Shown here one piece after another: positions 10,401-16,712 of a DNA stretch of 64,000 nucleotides. Location: contig JAABRR010000018.1 of NCBI GenBank assembly GCA_011390785.1, positions 13,208 to 77,207 of the forward strand, written 5' to 3'. The notes beneath the pieces were generated by a model. It was not told the origin of the DNA. It saw only the letters and a list, made by a program, of their open reading frames with translations, and made no database searches. The translations under genes and the position numbers were made by a program. Every line of letters begins with the position of its first letter. The first letter of the stretch is position 1. The stretch is from Sphingobacteriia bacterium (lineage in GTDB: Bacteria; Bacteroidota; Bacteroidia; Bacteroidales; UBA7960).

Positions 10401-10640
10401 CATTTCGTCGTCTAGCGCTTGTTTGATAAAATCATCGGGTTGATTCCATAAACTATAGTTAAAGTTGGTACCGATGGGGAAATAGTCCCAGTTCATGCCA
10501 TTTACCATGAAGGGCTTTCCGTCAACCATCATCTTCCAATCGCCTGCGGTTTTTTCAACGGTCACTTTCTGGAACTCAGCCTGAGCCATCAGTGAGAAAG
10601 ATAAACCACACAGGATAATAAATAATTTAATGTGTTTCAT
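7488..10640 (-). CDS. Secreted clan GH-A glycoside hydrolase domain fused to a ~600-aa putative outer-membrane beta-barrel domain
   Basis: Signal peptide (SFSLMAQA/EF). Residues ~25-430 carry VNAIRVY, acid/base LLGNENNYG and nucleophile VLLTEFGSDAF. Residues ~450-1050 are Gly/Tyr/Trp/Phe-rich with amphipathic strands (KIKLSYMKGNINWYAQSAVMGLVAQGG, AEFAVSAGFVYRHH, RIGMDLRMIYKKVRLNSFVRV). Confidence 0.6.
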   Translation of the reverse strand: MKHIKLFIILCGLSFSLMAQAEFQKVTVEKTAGDWKMMVDGKPFMVNGMNWDYFPIGTNFNYSLWNQPDDFIKQALDDEMSLLKNMGVNAIRVYTGIQPKWITYIYENYGIYTMLNHSFGRYGLTIDGTWVAVTHYDDAATQDLLLAEVSQLADEYKGTPGLLLFLLGNENNYGLFWAGAETEDFPDQEDQIKAVGENRGRPMYRLMNEASMKIKSIDGSVPVAICNGDVLFLDIIAEECPEVDILGINTYRGVTFTDLFDRVRDEYGKPVLLTEFGSDAFNAVTNQEDQQAQAFYKVNNWKDVYENAAGFGRAGNSIGGFSFQFSDGWWKFGQTEGLSQHDNNASWENGGYEFDHVPGQNNMNEEWFGICAKGPTNDKGFYQLYPRAAYYALKEAHKFDPYAPGKTLNSLNEHFSNIQVVESFLKARGDKAALNAERNGRIRLSRLTAELTTFNTGGSLITTPDNPAPSNTTYPNQLGFQDMQSFFVGVEANPSANFRANVEFNILGNVAENPIDQIFYENRGRPVTVRGTDGNVSLQSINRLQVYRASYQWNHEYFNLDGFYRTGHYHWGYEGDFFGLYPEANYGPQIDIYNGVAPFGFEMEGKKQFDGLKLAFGPQLWWGANPALLLKYSKSLAGINFSGIYHEDLDQLGLTESSFAIPQPKTRRVTLHANKEFGNFELDLGGIWAGQPLQGREFQMVSDEEGDNNVYVDEINSNDNWGGKIKLSYMKGNINWYAQSAVMGLVAQGGADYTRTFTGWRLKDSGSGNQYNFLSGINVILGDLQIAPNFMWQQPIVGPIPNDVAAPGRPRNILEDPFVVRSNRETIAGEILFTYDPTPETWMYDWESDRAEDAEFAVSAGFVYRHHPTTMDAAIGILPDGRTTFAFPGSPPAKDLWEVHARLVSKLTPEFGWIANIYGGEAQANGSDPRTINRIGMDLRMIYKKVRLNSFVRVNDWGPYDYHRDFNLTFPLQLMADISTTLGKPDWFELPDTRIGIRGTFRTLDQYSPRYSPTQTIDGSGALVPDPTAIGFDNGNEWEIRTYVLINIGN

Positions 10641-11002
10641 ACATAATGTGTTTAGGTTTGATGAATTGAGTTAATATGAATGTAAAGAAATTGTTAATCA
10701 GAGTCTAAATGTAAGATGTTTCATGTGTTAAAAGCAACTATACATTTCATATACAACAAATCTCAACCGGCATTAGAATCAAGGTATGTAATCTGCAAAA
10801 GCAGGTTACGCAAACGTTTACGGAAAAGTGATTTTTAATGAAATTGTGGGTTTTTAACAGGGGTGTATATACTTTGTTAATAACTCGAAGGGGAAGGGAG
10901 CCGGAAGCCCGAAGTTGGAAAGGGGGCTAAACTTTGAACTCTTTCTTAAAAGGCTGGAGGTGGTCGGACGACTTTAAGTTCGTCCTGATACTATGAAGAA
11001 AA

Positions 11003-11277
11003 TTACGGTGTTTTCACATCTAACAGCCATCTCAGCTTTTCATCAATACCGTATTTCTACCAGCCGCTCTGGTAGGATACAAGGATTTCCTTCTAATAAG
11101 GAAATTATGGCCTAATAAACATCTGTAATTTGGTTTAAAACTGTGTATCATTAAGGGGTAAAGTTAAAAATTATTGAATTTCCTAAGCTTTGATTATTTG
11201 TTTCTTTTTATCCAATAATCAAGAATTGTTATTCTGTCATTATGGGCTGTTCTTGACCAGATTACTTGTTTTACCAT
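11003..11277 (-). pseudogene. Decayed RelE/ParE-family toxin gene
   Basis: The ATG at 11277 overlaps the antitoxin stop (gaATGGTAA). It reads MVKQVIWSRTAHNDRITILDYWIKRNK and then TAA at 11196..11194. Full-length Bacteroidota ParE toxins continue ...RNKS(K/T)... for ~95 aa. Downstream pieces (KEILVSYQ, LRWLLDVKTP) appear in other frames. The 3' limit is approximate. Confidence 0.5.
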
Positions 11278-11498
11278 TCGTCAACATCTTTATTCGACTC
11301 TTCATTCGTTAAACAATCTCTACTCTCAATTTGGTTTATTGCTTTATCAATCGTTCTTTTATGCCCATCACTCAGCCTGAAAATTTGATTTTCAAAACAT
11401 GAATCATCGATTGGTTTGTTGATGTCATTTAAAAGATCATCATCGTCAATAACACTAATCTTATCTATCAACCTATGCCTTAATTCTTTTGTTTTCAT
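11271..11498 (-). CDS. Addiction-module antitoxin-like small protein (partner of the decayed ParE/RelE toxin)
   Basis: 75 aa, MKTKELRHRLIDKISVIDDDDLL...LTNEESNKDVDEW. This is the typical Bacteroidota antitoxin layout found upstream of ParE-like toxins. Its stop overlaps the toxin-remnant start. Confidence 0.6.
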   Translation of the reverse strand: MKTKELRHRLIDKISVIDDDDLLNDINKPIDDSCFENQIFRLSDGHKRTIDKAINQIESRDCLTNEESNKDVDEW

Positions 11499-11642
11499 AG
11501 TTTAACATTTTATCAAAAACACAAATTTTTAAACCTTTTTATCAATCTACTTCCGTTGCCACCGGAACGATGGATACAGGCCTGCCCTGGCTGGTTTCTT
11601 AATATCAATACTATTGCCTATTTTTGTTACAAAATTCGGTTT

Positions 11643-12179
11643 ATGGAGCTGGAAAAGCTGCTTTCAGAAATATCAGGAATATTAAGTCGATTAAATATTA
11701 ACTATTTAATTACCGGAAGTATAGCTTGTAATGTTTATACCATACCAAGAGCAACCCGGGATATTGACGTAATAGTTGAGCTTTTCGAACAAGATTTAGC
11801 AGGCTTTATAGGGGCTCTTAACGGTAATTTCTACTTTAATAAACAGTCAATTTATGAAGAAGTGAAGCGAAAGGGAATGTTCAATATTATCCATTTGCAT
11901 AGTAGCTATAAGGTTGATCTGATTATCCGATCTAATGATGCTTTTGAAATTTCTAAGTTTACCAGACGCAAATCCATTAATATTTTTGGTATAAATACCT
12001 TTATAATAACCTTGGAAGATCTGGTCATTTCTAAACTTCGGTGGATACAACAATTAGAGAGTGAACAACATAAGCGTGATATCATTTCTTTGCTTCGTAA
12101 TCCTAAAGCAGACATGGAATATATCAGGCAATGGTGCAAAGAGCTCAATTTAAAAACCTATAACCTTTTCCAGGTATGA
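11643..12179 (+). CDS. Minimal Pol-beta superfamily nucleotidyltransferase
   Basis: The motif GSIACNVYTIPRATRDIDVIV (G-S ... D-x-D) is near the N-terminus. ~178 aa from the ATG at 11643 (MELEKLL...). The longer ORF-track start at 11556 adds a non-protein-like leader. Confidence 0.65.
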   Translation: MELEKLLSEISGILSRLNINYLITGSIACNVYTIPRATRDIDVIVELFEQDLAGFIGALNGNFYFNKQSIYEEVKRKGMFNIIHLHSSYKVDLIIRSNDAFEISKFTRRKSINIFGINTFIITLEDLVISKLRWIQQLESEQHKRDIISLLRNPKADMEYIRQWCKELNLKTYNLFQV

Positions 12180-12439
12180 CCAAACCTTTAACCTCGTATA
12201 TGCAAGATACAAGCCCCGATATGCAAGAATATCAGTATCGTTTAATTATGGCAAAAACTCCCGAGGAGCGTTTCATAATGGGTGTTGAGATGTCAGAAGC
12301 GGGCAGAAATATGATGCTATGGGGAATAAAACACGAAAAACCCGGCCTTACTGATGAAGAATATAGAGTTGAACTCCTGAAAAGAATGATTTTACACGAT
12401 AAGACCCTGGAATGGCTAATAGCTTATCTGCCGGAATGA
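12176..12439 (+). CDS. 87-aa helical protein translationally coupled to the nucleotidyltransferase
   Basis: ATGA start/stop overlap with the upstream gene. It contains TPEERFIMGVEMSEAG. A similarly spaced P..R......MSE motif recurs in the decayed ORF at 12876-13070. Confidence 0.55.
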   Translation: MTKPLTSYMQDTSPDMQEYQYRLIMAKTPEERFIMGVEMSEAGRNMMLWGIKHEKPGLTDEEYRVELLKRMILHDKTLEWLIAYLPE

Positions 12440-12650
12440 ATTAAGGCTTAGAAATTGGGATCTCAACCCTCTCAATCTGCTACCATTACTGTCATTTATT
12501 CATTTTTTACTTAATCAATTCTGTATATCCACCAGCCGCCTTGGCATGCTGATCTTTTTTGATGTGTTTAGGGTAGGTTTTTAAAGCAAGGGTTACCATT
12601 TATCCGACACCACCAGTATCTGATTACCGAAGATGCCTGACGAATCGCTC

Positions 12651-13070
12651 TCAAAAGGGTATCTCATCTGGCAGTTGTTTTGGTATCTGTTCTATTACTT
12701 TGCTGATCAAGACCAAATCATGATGTTGGATTGTTATGGTACTGTTCTCAAATTGGGCGTAGCAACTGCTGTTATGGCTAAGGGTTACATTGTAATGGCT
12801 TACCCTCCCATAGCGGACAGCCAGCATCAGATGTGCGAAGCCTTTTACAGTTTTGATTCGGGATCGGGCATAATTTTACTTTCGCTCATGCGGATAGATA
12901 TGAAAGTTCTGATCCGGCTCCGTTTTCCTGGGTGGGTAAAGGGTATGGCACAGTTCTGACATTTGCAGGTAAATCCGCAACCGGTCAACAGGGTCCATCT
13001 CCAATGCCAACTTCAGGCTCCCGGCTTTCGATTCTTCTTTGGTGTTGTAACTTACCTTAACAGTTCTCAT
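12651..13070 (-). pseudogene. ORF interrupted by an in-frame TAA (64 aa + stop + 74 aa); probable decayed accessory gene
   Basis: The ATG at 13070 reads MRTVKVSYNTKEE...DPVDRLRIYLQMSELC...YPHERK, then TAA at 12878..12876. The same frame continues NYARSRIKTVKGFAHLMLAVRYG...PDEIPF to a TGA at 12653..12651. Confidence 0.4.
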
Positions 13071-13250
13071 CCTGATCCAGTTTTACAGCTGCCTTTTCTA
13101 TCAATTGATTGATGGCAGCATCCTTGCAACTCCTTTGGTCATTGATGGTTTGATTTAAAAACGATGAAATGATAGAAAGGTAAGTTGGTTGGAAAGGTTT
13201 ATAAAATATTCAGATCGAAAACTGGCTACCTGGGTCGAATAACCCTTCTC

Positions 13251-14648
13251 TTATTCTTTTATTATTTCCCGCTCATGATAGAGCACATCGAGTTCGGTTT
13301 TCTTTCGGGCAATTGCAGCCTGCATTAGCTCAATCTGATTAAGGAGTTGTTCCTGCTTTTCTTCCGTGCCTTCAATTTCCTGATTATTGGCGAAGGTTTG
13401 TTCGAGCATTTCCAGCTTGTCAGTATCTGACTCAATCGATTCTTCTGTTTTTTGAATTTTGGTTTCCAGTTCGGCCAAACGGCTGGTTTCCCTGAATTCC
13501 TGGTTTTCTTTGCGCGATTCGGCATTCTCATCAATTCGTTTGTTAAGAATATCGAAGGCGGTTTGCAGGCGTGCATAGAGTTTTTCGCGTTCCATGCCAC
13601 GCATTTTGCGCCCCTTAAAATCGGCCTGTATTTTAATAAGAAATGCTTTGGCTTTTTTTAGTTCCCATGAGTGTTGAGCCAGTTCAAAAGCCTTCTCAAC
13701 AAGAGGTGTTAGATGTTGAATGTTTTCATCGGCTATTTTTTCGAAGGCATCCTGATCGTCAAATTCATCAGATTTAAGTTTGCTGAAAAGGTCTTGAAGC
13801 TGATCATATAAAACATTGCGCGATTCTTTTTCCAGCTTATGTTCTTTAAATTCCTTTTGAATGGAAAGCAGCAAATCCCATTTTTGCTTAAAATCGGGGT
13901 TCGACTCCAGTTCTTTTACCGCAAGCTGAAGTTGTTGATCAATATAGTGGGCATTTTTGCGAGCTTTTGCCTGTAAATCAACCTGCATCTCTTCTTTTCT
14001 CAATTTTAGTATTTCAAATCCGGCCTGAAGCCTGTCGATGAGTTTTTTGCGGTGAACAAAAACCAGGTCTGAATCAGTAACTTTATCCTTGGTTTTTAAC
14101 AACAGAGCCCATATCTTGACTATATCACCGTTATCACATTTCTTTACCACAAATTCTACTTCATCGTCTAAAACTTCAAAATATTCACCTGACAATTCTT
14201 CCTTTTCCCTGTTTTGTTCTTCTTTGCGTTTTCTAGCAAGATCAAAAAGTTGTTGCAATGTATCATAAAGTTGTTCTCTCTCTTCAGCAACAAGTTTTCT
14301 TCCTTTAAACATATTTTGTACTTCAACAAGCCTTTTCCATACCAGATCAATTTCTCCTAGGTTTTTTTGGGTATAATCTATTGTTTGAATAATTTGCTCT
14401 TTCAGAAAATCGTAGTTCTCGGCTGCTTCTCTTTCAAAATCTTGCTGCATTTCCTGCTGCAACTTTCTTATTTTATGAAACAAAGTTTCAAGGGCATTTT
14501 TTAATTCAGTTGTTTCTTCTGGCAAAAATTGCTGAGAAGAAATTTCATTTTGCAATTTAATAAGGGATAGTTTAACCTTTTTCAAGTTTGATTTTGAAAG
14601 TCTTTTTTCAAGTTCTGTTATTTGTTTGGTAAAAGCTTCGAACGACAT
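13251..14648 (-). CDS. Coiled-coil protein with ~5 tandem DUF349-like helical repeats
   Basis: A repeated block recurs: W..L...Q..FKGRK...ERE.LY..LQ..F. Examples are VWKRLVEVQNMFKGRKLVAEEREQLYDTLQQLF, KAFLIKIQADFKGRKMRGMEREKLYARLQTAF and KWDLLLSIQKEFKEHKLEKESRNVLYDQLQDLF. The track start at 14714 is TTG, so the ATG at 14648 (MSFEAF...) is preferred. Confidence 0.6.
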   Translation of the reverse strand: MSFEAFTKQITELEKRLSKSNLKKVKLSLIKLQNEISSQQFLPEETTELKNALETLFHKIRKLQQEMQQDFEREAAENYDFLKEQIIQTIDYTQKNLGEIDLVWKRLVEVQNMFKGRKLVAEEREQLYDTLQQLFDLARKRKEEQNREKEELSGEYFEVLDDEVEFVVKKCDNGDIVKIWALLLKTKDKVTDSDLVFVHRKKLIDRLQAGFEILKLRKEEMQVDLQAKARKNAHYIDQQLQLAVKELESNPDFKQKWDLLLSIQKEFKEHKLEKESRNVLYDQLQDLFSKLKSDEFDDQDAFEKIADENIQHLTPLVEKAFELAQHSWELKKAKAFLIKIQADFKGRKMRGMEREKLYARLQTAFDILNKRIDENAESRKENQEFRETSRLAELETKIQKTEESIESDTDKLEMLEQTFANNQEIEGTEEKQEQLLNQIELMQAAIARKKTELDVLYHEREIIKE

Positions 14649-15035
14649 GATACAATTGTTGGTTTGGTTATTTTTTGAAACCTGTTTACAGCCTGTCGTG
14701 GTTCTTTTATTCAAAACAATGGCTGTTTTTAGGCTTCTGATACGAAATTAACCTTATTTTATAAACAATTAAAGCAATGGGGTATAAATTTAACCTTGTA
14801 CATAAAAGAAAGGAAACCGTTAAGGCTTATAAGGCAGTAAGGCCTTGAAAGCTTATTGCGAAGCGGTTTCATTTCCTGCCTTTCCTGTTATATGGCAGAC
14901 ATAGGGTTATTTTTTATTTGGAATGTTTTTTGGTTAAAAAATAAAAAAGGCAATTAAAAGTTATTGTAATTCCCTTAATTGTGCCAGTCATTTTATATAT
15001 TTAACCCTGCTAAGAATAAGTAAAACCCTAAACGT

Positions 15036-15854
15036 ATGAATTTTTCAACTAAAAAAAACTGTCAGCGGGTTTCAATTTTTGTACTTTTTTTTATACAATT
15101 TCTATTTACTCTGCAAGGCCAGGAGCTTAGAAAAATATATAACGATTCGTTTCAACGGGGAGAGAAAATCAGCTATCGTGTATTTTATGATAGTTTTCTT
15201 ACAGGAAATATTCTTGCAGGAGAAGCTTACCTGGAAATACAAAATAACTCTCAGGTAATTGATGGAAGATCAACCATACCTATTGTTGGTTATGGAGAGT
15301 CAAAAGGAGCTTTCAACTTTTTCTTTAAAGTAAGAAACCGCTACGAAACTTTTCTTGATGCAGATGCCATGGCGCCACTAATGTTTACCCGAAACATTCG
15401 TGAAGGTAATTACCGTCGCAACCAACAGGTTTATTTCGATCATTACTCACAGGTAGCGCGGAGTAACACCGATACCATTGAAACGGTTCCTTATATTCAG
15501 GATATTATATCAGCGTTTTATTATTTAAGAACCTATAATTTTGATGATGCCCGAGTGGGGGATATCTACAACGTAGAGTTTTTTCTTGATGATGAAGTCT
15601 TTTCTACAAGGGTAATTTTTGATGGACGCGAAGAAATAAAAACCCGTGTTGGGACTTTTAAAACGCTTCGCTTTAAACCCGAAGTCCTTACCGGCGACGT
15701 ATTTAGCCAACCTTACCCAATGACCTTATGGATATCTGACGATAAAAATAAGATTCCTATCCTGGCTCAATCTGCCATTTTGGTGGGTAGTGTTAAAATG
15801 GAGCTGACTGACTACGAAGGGCTGAGAAACCCTCTTTCTTCTAAAATTAAATAG
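15036..15854 (+). CDS. DUF3108-like secreted protein
   Basis: Signal peptide. GEKISYRVFYDSFLTGNILAGEAYLEI and the C-terminal LVGSVKMELTDYEG resemble the DUF3108 family. Confidence 0.6.
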   Translation: MNFSTKKNCQRVSIFVLFFIQFLFTLQGQELRKIYNDSFQRGEKISYRVFYDSFLTGNILAGEAYLEIQNNSQVIDGRSTIPIVGYGESKGAFNFFFKVRNRYETFLDADAMAPLMFTRNIREGNYRRNQQVYFDHYSQVARSNTDTIETVPYIQDIISAFYYLRTYNFDDARVGDIYNVEFFLDDEVFSTRVIFDGREEIKTRVGTFKTLRFKPEVLTGDVFSQPYPMTLWISDDKNKIPILAQSAILVGSVKMELTDYEGLRNPLSSKIK

Positions 15855-15935
15855 GCATCTTACCGCTCAGGCCAAAATAGTTACATCAGAAAATTTTCAG
15901 TGCCTGGCAATAATGTCTTGTTATCCTTAGGTAAA

Positions 15936-16712
15936 TTATTCCTGATCCTTTGGAGTGTTTTTTTGCATAATTCCTTCCAGAAAATCAAAACTTACCAATT
16001 CAGTTTTTTGCAAAAAATAAGAGAGAGAAACTTTCAGTACTCCCAAACCATAAATCATGCTTCTTTTAAAATTAATAGAAGATGCTTCTTCAAAATAGCG
16101 CGTGGGGCAGGTTATTTCGGCAATTTCATAACCGGCATAAAAAATTTGTGCAATAATCTGGTTGTCGAAAATAAAATCGTTGGAGTTTTTCTCAAAAGGA
16201 ATATGTCGCAATACTTCACCTGAGAAAGCCCGGTATCCGGTATGGTATTCAGAGAGTTTCTGGTTCATAACGATATTCTGAAACAAGGTAAGAAAGCGGT
16301 TGGCCACGTATTTGTAAAGTGGCATTCCACCTTTCAGGGCACCCCGGCCCAATATACGTGAAGAAAAAACCACATCATACACATTGTTGGCAATTACATA
16401 GCACATTGAGTGAATCAACTTTGGCGTATATTGATAATCAGGATGCAGCATTACAACAATATCAGAATTTAATTCCAGGGCTTTTTTATAGCAAGTCTTT
16501 TGGTTGCCACCATAGCCCAGGTTTTCTTCATGATTAATAATATGCTCAATACCCAGCCGGCGCGCTACCTGTAAGGTATCATCACGGCTGTTATCATCAA
16601 CCAGAATAACATGATCAACTATATCAAAAGGGATTTCGTTGAAAGTTTTTTCTATGGTTTTGCCGGCATTATAGGCAGGCAAAACAACTGTTATAATTTT
16701 ATTATTGATCAT
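15936..16712 (-). CDS. GT2 family glycosyltransferase (ArnC / polyprenol-phosphate glycosyltransferase-like)
   Basis: VVLPAYNAGKTIEKTF...VILVDDNSRDDT is an N-terminal GT2 signature. ~258 aa, like polyprenyl-phosphate sugar synthases. It overlaps the upstream gene by 11 nt. Confidence 0.8.
   Translation of the reverse strand: MINNKIITVVLPAYNAGKTIEKTFNEIPFDIVDHVILVDDNSRDDTLQVARRLGIEHIINHEENLGYGGNQKTCYKKALELNSDIVVMLHPDYQYTPKLIHSMCYVIANNVYDVVFSSRILGRGALKGGMPLYKYVANRFLTLFQNIVMNQKLSEYHTGYRAFSGEVLRHIPFEKNSNDFIFDNQIIAQIFYAGYEIAEITCPTRYFEEASSINFKRSMIYGLGVLKVSLSYFLQKTELVSFDFLEGIMQKNTPKDQE

Noticed and set aside
12633-12959. 108-aa plus-strand ORF in the accessory islet
   Set aside because: It has implausible composition (W/Y/F/M-rich), no motifs, and lies antisense to the interrupted minus-strand ORF, which shows a family-like motif. 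It remains uncertain.
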